Shown piece by piece: positions 38,307-50,076 of a DNA stretch of 64,000 bases. The translations under genes were made by a program, and so were the position numbers. The stretch is from Antedon mediterranea (Eukaryota; Animalia; Echinodermata): the NCBI RefSeq assembly GCF_964355755.1, contig NC_092676.1:27298871-27362870 (forward strand). The letters are read 5' to 3'. The first letter of the stretch is position 1. Every line of letters begins with the position of its first letter. The notes under the pieces were generated by a model. That model was not told where the DNA came from and did no database searches. It saw nothing but the letters and a program-made list of their open reading frames with translations.

Positions 38307-40309
38307 AAATGTTCAGTTGGTAATTTACTACCGTATTTATCATTTATTTATATTTGGCTCTACATTTTGTATCGAGCACTTTCGCTTTCATGATCTGCGT
38401 TAAATTTACCACAATTTTTTTCTTGTGCACTGACTTGAAATTGAGATATACATTATTATATTATACAATATATATTTGTTTACATTTTACAGTATACAAT
38501 AGGTAACAGAGGCCTGCATTGTGTTTTCTCATAAGATATTCTCACTTGTCACCTAGCAACAGATGAAAGACGTTACTAATCACATTAGGTAAGATATGTT
38601 CTGGCTTTTAAATACTATTTTTAAAGAAATGTTATTGTCCATGTAGTTAACATATTTTATTCTAAATTTTAGATGTGCTTCAACAGACAATGGTTTTTGA
38701 CCGCAGCCTACCAGATGAGTAGAGAAAAGGCCTTACACTTTGACAAGAATTCTAAAGGTAACTTTGATGTACAGGGGTGGATCCAGGATTTTTATATATT
38801 GATATAAAAAAGTAAATTTCCAAAATAAGATTTTATTTTAGATGTCAAATGGGGTAGCATTTGTGCTCCCCAATTTTATAGTTAAAATGAAATGTTACTT
38901 GTCGAATGGGGCAGCACTCGCCCAAAGCGTACCCCTGGATCTGCCGCTGATATAAATGACAATTTATGTGTTTTTCAATTCATATGCCGCAGTTTGTTTG
39001 CATCCATGAATAGTTACAGTTGGTTTTTCTACTCATATCATGTGACCATAAGTAGACTAGTTATGATGTTAATTTAACACAATAGTGTACTTCTTGAAGG
39101 CACAACAGCTATTGCTGTTTTGGGTAGACATTTGGGATCCATCATGTGTTGTACGTTATCAAATGTTTACGATATAAAATATACTGTACAACTATTCTTG
39201 CATTAGCCTATGATGGTAAGATTTTGTTTAGTCTTTAACTTTAAACTTCTAACTCGACATTCATTTATTTTGTGAAGTGTATGGGTAATATAGATAATTC
39301 ATACTCATTTTGTTGTCTTTCATAACAATGATAATCTCAAAAAGATGTCAGACTTGTCCATAATCATTCCAGTGATCTGATTGGTTTAGTCATATTTCTG
39401 TTGTCAAATCAGGAACTATCACAAGATATGTAAGATAACAAACTGAATTGATTTCTTTTACAAATCATTTTATTTATTAAGCTCAGATGTGTACAAACAA
39501 ATCATTTCATAAAAAATAAATTTATTTCATAAATCTACATAAAAACCCTCTAATTAGATACGACTATTCATTGTTTAAATTTATTTATTTTTGGTATAAT
39601 AACACAATTTACAAAAAGCATACAAAGTCTGAAAATATTGTAGTACAAAGATTGAAACATTAAAAATGATTCACAGTAGAACTACACATCAAATTTAAAC
39701 ATACAAAATGGCATATAAAAAAACCATTAAAATATAACAGTATTACAAGGTTATTTAGATTAGTTTTATAAAATGACCCAACAAAGTACAAAGCGCCCTC
39801 TATTTAAATACATTGCCAATTACTATTACAGGTATTATAAAATAAACGCAGATTATTCAAGACCAGGTCATTACAATATGTTATGCTTTACATTTTCTCC
39901 TAATATAACATTTTATCAAATCACATGTATATAAAATATTGAATATTGATTATTTGTATCATTTAAAACATTCATTACTTACGAACACAAATTATTTTTA
40001 AATTGTAAGCTTTTTATACAAACATAATGTTTTTTTTTGTAATTTTATGAAATAGAGTAACCTCAAAATAGCCCAAAAACTAAATAGCATAAATGTTTGT
40101 TATTTCATAAAATTATACATTGAATGATTAGATTAAGCATTAAAATACCAAAGATATTATTTATATTTTTTCATTAATTATGAATTAGACAAAAATGGAT
40201 CACATTTAGATATGTACAAAATTTATAATTTGATTTAATAACTTAAATATTTCAATTTATATACGAAATACTTTATATAATTAATTTATATACATGTGGA
40301 AGAGTAGTC

Positions 40310-42043
40310 TTAATAATTAAACATATTGATTGTGTTGCCTCGGTAATTTGCTACAGCAACCATACATGGGTTATGAGAAATGATACATAACTGACGTGGT
40401 GAACTAATTCCACCTTCTTGTTGATCAATTCTTTTGATAAAATGTCCATCACTTCTGAATAGTTGTAGATGTTTGTAACTTGCTATGATGATGTTATCAT
40501 CCTCATCAACTACAACTCCACATGGCAACATCACCTTACCATCTTTATCTCCTTTATTGATGAGTACTTTCAGTGACTTGTCCTTGTCATCATACAATAA
40601 TACTTGATTCTGTCCTACATCTGTTACAAGTACTTTACCAGTTTTTGTAAGTGCAACATCAGAGTATCCATTGTAACATGATTCCTTTTGTGTTCCTATC
40701 TTCTTCAACAGCTGACCATTAATTATGTTAAACACGTACACACATGTAATCTTCAAATCTGCTACATATATAACATTAGTTGCCTCGTCTATGTGCATAC
40801 CACATGGATATTTCAATACATCCTTACCAATTGATGTGATCACATGACCATTCATATCACATACTTGAATGCATTTATTACCAACATCACTGAATGCTAT
40901 GTTGCCATTCTTCATTCTGTACATTCTGTAAACTTTCACACCTTCTGGTAGTGTAATCTTGCTTGTACATTCTCCTGATTTATTGTACTTGTGAATTTCA
41001 TTAGAGAGAAATGAAACCAGCAAATCATCGTCACACTTTGCTACTCCCCAAGGATTAGCCTCTACTTTGATAGGAAGTGGTTTGAATACAATATTTCTAG
41101 GCATATCTTCAATAGTAAGTGATTTGAGTACAACATTACCAATGTCATTTTCTTTCAATAAATCAATTGGATGTTGGTTTCTTATAAAGTTAATTTGTCT
41201 AGTAGTACTGACTTGTTTGATTTCTTCAGATTTATTAATTTCATCCATCATTTTATTTAATACAATCTCACTTGATTTCATAGCAGTTGCTGTCTCACTC
41301 TTTAGTAACTGATTTATGGAACTCATATTTGTGTTTAATTCAGCGTTGATTTTTGTTAATTTTGTAATTTGTACGTCATTAATTTTCTTTTCATTTTCAT
41401 AATTTGCTTCAACTTTTTTCTTCATTTCATCTGCTTTTTTCTGGATTACTTGTACTATTTCTTGAACTTGTTTATCAATATCTGTGAGACTTGTCTCTTT
41501 ACTTTCTTCTAGTTCTTTAGCATTCTTTGTGACTATTTTGAGTACATTTTCTATTTTTTGTATCGATTCATTGGCAGCTTTCTTCAAGTCTTCTGATGCT
41601 TTCTTAAACGTATTAAATGCTGTAACAATGTTAATTAGTTCATGTTTTCCATCTCCTGCGGCATGTTCCATTTCAGTGCATTCTATGCATATTGGTACTT
41701 TACATTTTGTACAATACATTTTCAATGGTTGATCATGAGAGGCACACAGAAAGGCAGTGCCTTTAGCCTCATCTTTCTTTTCATGTTGTTTGATGGTTTC
41801 CAAGAGGTTGTTAAAAATTGTATTTGGGGCAAATTTTTCAAGCCCTCCTACTGGAATAGGATACTCTTTGCGACAAATGGGGCATGTTAGCTTGCCATGA
41901 TTGGTTTGAACCCAATTCTCCAAACATTTCAGACAGAAACTATGATGACAGCTAAGTGATTTTGGATTTTCTATTCTTTCATTACAAATTGAACATTCTA
42001 GTTCTTTCTCATCTATAGACACATTTATGTTGTTGCTGGCCAT
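40310..42043 (-). CDS. TRIM-NHL E3 ubiquitin ligase copy 4, intact, 577 aa
   Basis: Uninterrupted ORF with RING, B-box2, coiled-coil and NHL. The ATG follows ttgcag. A short linker is duplicated (NVVLKSLTIE / NIVFKPLPIK). Confidence 0.93.
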   Translation of the reverse strand: MASNNINVSIDEKELECSICNERIENPKSLSCHHSFCLKCLENWVQTNHGKLTCPICRKEYPIPVGGLEKFAPNTIFNNLLETIKQHEKKDEAKGTAFLCASHDQPLKMYCTKCKVPICIECTEMEHAAGDGKHELINIVTAFNTFKKASEDLKKAANESIQKIENVLKIVTKNAKELEESKETSLTDIDKQVQEIVQVIQKKADEMKKKVEANYENEKKINDVQITKLTKINAELNTNMSSINQLLKSETATAMKSSEIVLNKMMDEINKSEEIKQVSTTRQINFIRNQHPIDLLKENDIGNVVLKSLTIEDMPRNIVFKPLPIKVEANPWGVAKCDDDLLVSFLSNEIHKYNKSGECTSKITLPEGVKVYRMYRMKNGNIAFSDVGNKCIQVCDMNGHVITSIGKDVLKYPCGMHIDEATNVIYVADLKITCVYVFNIINGQLLKKIGTQKESCYNGYSDVALTKTGKVLVTDVGQNQVLLYDDKDKSLKVLINKGDKDGKVMLPCGVVVDEDDNIIIASYKHLQLFRSDGHFIKRIDQQEGGISSPRQLCIISHNPCMVAVANYRGNTINMFNY

Positions 42044-42250
42044 CCTGCAAGAGCAATTGTCAAAAAGTGATTTTGTTTATTCAGCTATTATACTGTATAT
42101 TGTTCAAAGCAATACATTTTAAAATTACACTTTTATATTTTATTGAAACAAATTACTTATGACTATTCTACTTTAAAGTAAAAGCTTACTACAATTTACG
42201 CTACTACTGTGTATAGCTAGAAATTGCAAAGTTCAAGTAAGTGCTGCGAG

Positions 42251-42688
42251 CAGATCTATGAAGTATAATTATGCCTAGCATAATGTAGTTTTGATGACGC
42301 AGGACCTCCTCCCAAAGACAGTACAAAGAGATCTATGACCTATAATTCCTAGCATAATGTAGTTTTGATGACGCAGGACCCTCTCCTAAAGACACAAACA
42401 GATCTATGACTTATAATGCCTAGCATAATGTAGTTTTGATGACGCAGGACCCTCTCCTAAAGACACAAACAGATCTATGACTTATAATGCCTAGCATAAT
42501 GTAGTTTTGATGACGCAGGACCCTCTCCTAAAGACACAAACAGATCTATGACCTATAATGCCTAGCATAATGTAGTTTTGATGATACAGGACCTCCTCCT
42601 AAAGACACAAACAGATCTATGACCTACAGTATAATGCCTAGCATAATGTAGTTTTGATGATACAGGACCTCCTCCTAAAGACACAAAC
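42251..42688. repeat. 71-bp tandem repeat, about 6 copies
   Basis: CAGATCTATGAC.TATAATGCCTAGCATAATGTAGTTTTGATGA..CAGGACC... at 42399, 42470, 42541 and 42612, plus two more divergent copies upstream. Confidence 0.93.
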
Positions 42689-43899
42689 CGAATGTCTATA
42701 TTGAAACGCTGCTCATTGGATAGCACATAGTCTGCGTTCCATACGGATTTTTTACTTAATATTAGTAAAACAATAAATAATTTTCACATATGGCGTTTCA
42801 TACGTGTACTACTTTAGCTTGTAAGCTCTGTCTGGGAAAACACGTACAAGTCATGTGCATATGATTATCCGGTTGACTAGTTCCAGCCGCATGTGATTGG
42901 CTACTCACTATAAAATATATTAATATATTCAGCAACTAAAATGCATGCACTATGTTACGTTTAGACGATGTAGAGACACACGTGAGTACTTTTGGTATTC
43001 GAACTCGAAGCGAAGTGATAATGTGATGATGAAAGTCTTTAAAGGCTAGAAATTATTTTATATGGCTAGTAGTCTGGTAAACATTTGATGGGATTTTTCC
43101 CAGAAACATGAAAACTCGTCTTGATATGATAGGCTAGCTTCTCCGCAAATCAACCATTGAATGGATCATTATTATGCGGAGATAAAATTTGATTCATTCC
43201 CACCCAACCAGACCCTGCCCTGTGTGGTAGCTATGTGCCGGTGGTATGTACCTATTTATTAGTGTTTATTTGGCAGGTCATACGAGTATAGACTTGATAA
43301 TGTAATTAAAAAAAAACTTGCACTCACACAAGCAAAACACACAGGCCTATAATAATACCTGTCACAATATATTTCAACAGTTGTTATTTCAGTCTCAATC
43401 GTACTTAAATACAGTACATACTCTTTTTTTAAAACCAAATGACGTCTGTTTGATCATTGGTTGATATGAAATCTATATTTACATAGTACCACCTGCCCCA
43501 TTTAGCCAAATATGGTATGATAACCTACGTCATTCTTATCTGAAGTTTGCGGTCTGCAAATTGATTTGTATACGTGTATCACAAGTCTGTATTTCCAGAC
43601 AAAAATCTAAACGTCGACTGGTGGACCATAGAGATAATATCTCTATGGGTGGACTAACATAAAAAAAGACAATAAATACAGACTTGGAGCAAGTATAGAT
43701 AGCACAGAGACTATGCTGCCAGTATACAATCGTCGCCTGCAATAATGTTTTCACACCAAGAGAGGAAAGTCGTAGACTTAGTCTAGGTCTTCTTAGGCCA
43801 ATCCTTTGTAGACAAACAATGAACTTTCGGATCTGACAGACAATGAATTTTGACAGGATCAGGTCCAGAATATAAATGCTGTTTATTTAGCAATTATTA

Positions 43900-46800
43900 G
43901 CTTTATTTTTGTTCTTTTCACTTTTTGTATCCGCCAGCATTTACTCATATATTTTTTTCGTTGTTGTCGTCCATCTTGATTTGTCGAGGGCCGTATCAAG
44001 ATTATTTTACCAGTTATTTTCCAATTTTTGATGTTGACGATTTTTATGATAATAACTGTTTTTTAAATACTTTAACTGTGCTGTGATGTCCTGTAAAAGT
44101 CGATTGTGATCATTTGCCTGTCAATGCTTGGACTCATCATCATTGTACACAGGATTCTTATTTCGCTTGGATTTCTTTGCATTCAAGATGGTGAGCATAA
44201 CTATTATTTATATTTCTCATGTCCTTTTATCGCTCTTTTGGAGTCATAGTGTTGAGCAGCATGCCTACTTATCGCACAATTACTGTTCAAACAATCCGAG
44301 TATTATCAAGCGCAAATTTCAAGGCCCTCCTCAGGTCCTTTATTCTAACTCAACTGCAACACGACACTATTGTAGTTTATCATGTGATGGTGACATACAC
44401 CCTAACCCAGGCCCTGTAAATCAGCATCAGGCACAGGAGCAGCAGCTGCGTTCATCGAGTTCATCTATCAGTACTGCGTCAACTTTGAATTGTCTTAACA
44501 TGAATGCCCGCAGTCTTCGGAACAAGACCATTCAATTACAAGCGTTTCTCTCTATTCAGAACATTGATATTTTAGCAATAACTGAATCCTGGCTTACATC
44601 AGAAGATTTGACATCTTCACTGGGCATTCCTCAAGATTATATGGTGATCAGAAAGGACAGACCCAACAAGAAAGGAGGCGGTGTATTTGCAGCAATAAAG
44701 AACGAACTGAATCCAATTCATTGTCATTTGCTGGACTCTGGTCCTCATGAAGTTATATGTTTTTCTATTTCGATTGACAATTATAAGATGCTTTTCGCTG
44801 TTTGTTACTGCCCACCGAACTCTCCAGTGTCCTTCTGGAATGACTTTAGTAACAATTTTCTTCTGCCTTTATTACCTCACTTACCAAAGTATGATGATAT
44901 TTATATTGTTGGGGATTTTAATTTAAATTGGAATCTTAAACATACGATACCTACCATTTTTCTTGACACTATGAATGCTTTAAATTGTACTCAGCTTGTT
45001 GAGGAAATCACTAGGCCTAATCATTTGGTCCCATCATCTGGTACAATAATTGATCTTGTTTTTTCAAACAGACCGTTTAATTTCACTTGATGTCATTGAT
45101 AACCCAGTGATCAGTGATCACCATGCAGTTTCCTTTAACGTATTACTTTCCAAACCGTATTCTAAATTGTTGGTACGTAATTTTCTTGCTTACCACAAAA
45201 CTGATATTGACCATCTAAAAAAACTTGTCCACCTTGCCCCATGGAATGTCTTCATGGATGAAAACTCAGTTGACAACTCATGGGATGGATTTCTGGATAT
45301 TTTTACAGCTATTGTCCGTGACTCAGTTCCGTTGAAATCACGCAAGCAGCGGAAACATTCCCCATGGGTTACCAATGACATCAAGCAATTTATCAATATA
45401 AAGCATAGACTGTTTAGAAAAGCCAAACGTATTGGTTCTGTATCTGCATGGGATGACTATAAGTCTATTCGTAATAAGGTTAAGCGTCTATGCAATAAGT
45501 CGTATTATTCATATGTCAACAAATTATTTACAAGTGACTCTACTCGTAAAGCTTTCTGGCGTTTTGTTAGAGAACGTAGAAGATCACCAGCACCGTTATC
45601 TTTTAATATTAATGGTGTGAATGTTTCGTCACACCATGTAATTGCTAGTTCATTTAATGATTTTTTTGTTTCTGTTTTTAACTCACCCATAATTCCCAGC
45701 TGTGAACCTCCGGTTTGTAATGTCCCAATCCCTGAACTTTCTCAACTTAACTTTAACGTCTACAATGTTGAGAAGGTGATTAATGGACTTTCATCTAATA
45801 AATCTCCAGGTCCTGATTCCGTGCATCCATACATATTGAAATCTGCTTCCGAATTTATTGCTCCACCATTATTTAATTTGTTTAACTTGTCCCTGCGTAT
45901 GGGGGAAATCCCCGCTAAGTGGAAAATGTCCCATATCACTCCTATATTTAAATCTGGTGATAAAAATGCAATTTGTAATTACAGACCAATATCCCTTACC
46001 CCTATTTGTTCGAAACTGCTTGAAAAAATACTGTTTTCAAGTATATCTGATCACGTTGCTTATAATTGTCCAATTACTGATGTCCAGCACGGTTTTTTCC
46101 CCTCACGTTCCTGTGTTACCCAACTTACCAACCTAACTCATTCCTGGGCATCTTCGCTAGATAAAACTAAAGCCCCCAGAATTGATGTTATCTTTCTCGA
46201 CTATGCCAAAGCGTTTGATAAACTGCCTCACCATATTATTTTAAATAAGCTGGCTAGCCACTTTAATATCAGAGGCAATGTCTGGAAATGGATCAAGTCA
46301 TTTCTATTGGGACGTTCCCAAAGAGTCTTGTATCAAGGATCCATTAGCCCGTCATCCCCAGTTACCTCTGGCATACCACAGGGCAGCGTACTTGGACCCC
46401 TTATTTTTAACTTATTTATAAATGACCTTCCCTCATCTATTATTTCTCCATGTGCATTGTTTGCCGATGACACGATAATTTATAGAAATATATTTACGAT
46501 GAAGTTGTTCTTCAGTGCGATCTGATCAGGCTTTCCTCTTGGTGTGATCTAAATGAAATGGAGCTTAACTTAAATAAAACCAAGGTTCTCCACATTACAA
46601 GATCAAGGAAAGAGTATAGACCTGTTTATCGTATAAATGACTTGCCTATTAAATCCGTATCTAGTCATTGTCATCTGGGGGTCACGATTAATAGTGAACT
46701 TACTTGGGATGACCATGTAAACTTAATTATTTCTCGTTCAAATCGAATGTTGGGTTTTATTACTAGTATTGCAGGAGGATCATCCCCTTCAGCTATTTTC

Positions 46801-47513
46801 TCACTCTATAAAGCTCTCATTGTCCCCATCCTTGAATCTGGTGTCCCAGCGTGGTTGCCTCGAACCAAAAAACTTACAGAACGTATCGAGGCAGTCCAGC
46901 GAAGGGCTACTAGGCTTGTCCTTAAACAAACAAGAGGTGAAATGGAATACGAGGAACGTCTCACTAAGCTAAATTGGCCTACACTATCTAATCGAAGAAA
47001 TTATCTTCTGTTATCCTTTGTTTGTAAATCACTTATTGGAACGGTTGATTGTAGTAGTGTTCGTCAATCTTTAGTTGTTAATGGCCGTCACCTTGATACA
47101 CTTAAGTTCATTCATCACTATGCTCGAACCAATTGTCTTCATCATTCCGCTATTAATATATTCCCTAGGTTGTGGGAAGAATTACCGGAAATGATTAAAA
47201 ATTCTTTAATTTTAGACAGTTTTCAAATATTTTTAAATTCACTTAAATCACATGTTTTATATTGACTTTGTTGAATCGACTATTATGTATTTTATCCGTT
47301 TATTTTATATTGACACTGTTGATTCGTCTATTTGTTTTTTAAATATTTTTATATAGTTTATTTTATATCATTGTTGTTACTTTGGGAGTACGGAACCTGA
47401 ACTCTTGTTATAGTGATTAGGTTCACTTTTAGGTTCCTGCCTACTCCCTTAGTTTCTGTGTTTTGTTTGTTTGTAACTGGTTTTTGGCAATAAATAATAA
47501 TAATAATAATAAT
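43900..47513 (+). mobile_element. CR1/L2-group LINE with near-complete ORF2 (2A-like motif, APE endonuclease, RT) and two frameshifts
   Basis: GDIHPNPGP; APE motifs NARSL, ITESWL, RKDR..GGGV, GDFN, IDLVF and SDH; RT motifs NYRPISL, QHGF, LDYAKAFD, GIPQGSVLGPLIF and FADDT. Frameshifts at about 45075 and 46497. (AAT)n tail at 47489-47513. The 5' boundary is approximate. Confidence 0.93.
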
Positions 47514-47555
47514 CATAAATATCATAAGCAAGCGTAGGGTAACCAATATCACCTT

Positions 47556-48649
47556 TCAGTTCAGTTCAATAATACATTTATTTAAGATGGTCACAATATA
47601 TAACAAACAATATTACAATAAACAATAATAAACAATTAATATAAGACCATCTTAGGGATCAAAATTAGAAGTAGAACTTGTCTCACATTGACCCCTAAAA
47701 TAATAATAATAATTCAAACAAAAATAAGAACGGTACCGTATAAATATACAAATACAACGCATACAATTAAATAAATTATACAATGCGCAACATATTTAGT
47801 AGGTTTGGTAACAAGATAAATAAAGGGTTTTTATATGCTTTCTAAATGAATTTACAGTATATAAATGATTTATGGCAGTTGAATCTAGATTATTCCAATA
47901 CGTTGGTCCTAAATAAGTAATAAAAAACTGGCTTTTTCTAAGTTTAACAAATGGAACATACAATTTATGTGGATTTCTTATGTTATAGGTATGATCTAAT
48001 AAACGATTTGAAAATAACATTGAAACAGACTTTGGTAGTAAACCAGTAACATATTCAAACATAAAAGAAGTAACTTGAAGTTTATGAAGGTCATATATTT
48101 TTAAAATTTTAAGTTTTTTAAACAAAGGTTCTGATGCAGATGTAGATTGTTCAAAGTTTAATAATCGAACAATACGTTTTTGTAAAATGAAAATTCTATG
48201 TAAATTTGAAGGATAATCAGCTGCCCATATAATATTGCAATAAAGTAAATGTGGTAATATCAGCGAATTATACAAAGAAAGTAAAATGTGTTGAGGAAAA
48301 AAATATTTTATCTGGTTTATAACACCAATGCATTTAGACATTTTGATAGAAATATTTTTCTGATGACCGGTCCAATTTAAGTTTTCATTAATTAAAATTC
48401 CAAGAAATAAAGTTTCGCTTTTTCGGTCCAGATTTTTACCATTTAGAACAACTTGAATGTTTTTGTTACTTAATTTATGCCTGTTTCGATGGGAGTGAAA
48501 TATAATGAAATTTGTTTTTGAAGTATTAATCAATAATTTATTAGAAGAAAACCAAATTTCAATCTTATTTAATTCTAAATTAAAGGTATTTACTAATAAA
48601 TCAATATTTTTGTTTGAATAAAATAAAGTTGTATCATCGGCAAAGGAAA
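47556..48649 (-). mobile_element. 5'-truncated LINE (RT C-terminus, CR1/L2/Crack-like)
   Basis: FADDTTL, WFSSNKLLINTSKT, FLGILINENLNW and LYNSLILPHLLYCNIIW motifs, with a (GAACT)n tail. Flanked by a 12-bp direct repeat CAATATCACCTT (47544-47555 and 48650-48661). Confidence 0.88.
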
Positions 48650-50076
48650 CAATATCACCTTAATGGGTAGCTTTTCCAAGGCAAGTTAAGCACTTGGCTG
48701 TCTAATTCTAAATTTATTCTAGTGTGTATTCAATTAAATTTAATCATTTTAATCGTAATCATAATTAATACTTTAAACATCTTAAGTAGTACAAGTTCAA
48801 CATAGACCTGGCTAACAGGCTGAGTGTGAGAATACTGCTAGAAAAATAATTCACTATTTTTTGTTGTATTTGAAAATACCAAGTGTTACAATTTATGCTA
48901 CATACCTACTTCCTTTACTCTTTGCCATTGTGTTTATCTACAATATTAAATGAATGTCTTTATAGGAAAAATAAGCAGTGCTCATTCTTTTGACATACAG
49001 TACGCTCTTTAAACTAAATTAAGTAATTAAAGCATTTTAGTAAATTATTAATGTTAAATACCTTCTATTTTCAGCTAAACGTTTGAGGAAGTATAAACCA
49101 AAAGTTTCCAGCAATTGAATAAAGTTAGTTAGTCACACTCTGTATGGTGAATTTTATAACAAAATCAATGATGCAGAACAGGCATTGAAAGTATATAAAG
49201 CCATTTATTCCGACTGATTTATTTATTTGTACTCAGTATAGTGACGTTGTCCTATAGACCTCATATAAATAGTAGCAGGGTTTTCCAACCATTCATTTTT
49301 GGTTTATGCCATTATTATTTGTATGTTGGTTTTATGACATTTATTAGAAGTGGTTTATATGAGGAAGGTATACTGTAATATACATAAAAGAAGATTACAT
49401 TTAAAAATCAAACCAAAACACTAATCTAATAATGGAAGTACAGAAAACATGAAATTACAATAAATGTGTCTGGAAATGTACGTGTTTACAAACCATTAGA
49501 AAAAAACTAATCTCAGTATGATTAATATTTTTTGATAGTTTTTTTTCATAGTTCAAACAAATTGTGATTTTTGTACCATTGTTGCCTTGGTCTACACTAT
49601 CAAACTTTATGTGACAAAAAAATGTTCCCATATATGGACATGATGATGTTATATCACTACCATATTAGGGCATATCACTACCATATATTTTAATAGTGTA
49701 GACAGAGTTTTAAATCAAATTTTATTTATAATAACTAATTTAAATACTGTCGTACAAGTACTACACTAAAGTACACTATTAATTCTTAAGCTCTGTCCAC
49801 ACTATCAAATATGTGACAAAAAAAATGTGATGTGCCCATATATGGATATGATGTCATATCACTACCATATTTTGGCACATCACACTTTTAAGTTTTAAAT
49901 AAAATTTATAAAATAATAGATTAATAATAATATTATGTATTTATGAATTTCATACAAATAGATTCCACTTGATTTAATTAATAACTTAATTGATTGAAAG
50001 ACAATGTTTGTCTTTACTAAATGTCAATACATCAATATAGTTGTATTTACTATGGAAGATTCTTGCTTGTGTAATT

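Noticed and set aside
38892-39077. Short ORFs repeated in duplicated spacers (MLLVEWGSTRPKR..., MRISYEKTQCR...)
   Set aside because: They span MITE ends and UTR-derived sequence, and frames are not preserved across all copies.
44128-47265. Reverse transcriptase as a dedicated diversifier of the TRIM array (DGR-like)
   Set aside because: It is an ordinary APE-RT LINE with frameshifts. No template/variable repeat pair or adenine-specific variation was seen, and TRIM duplicates include introns and flanks, indicating DNA-level duplication.
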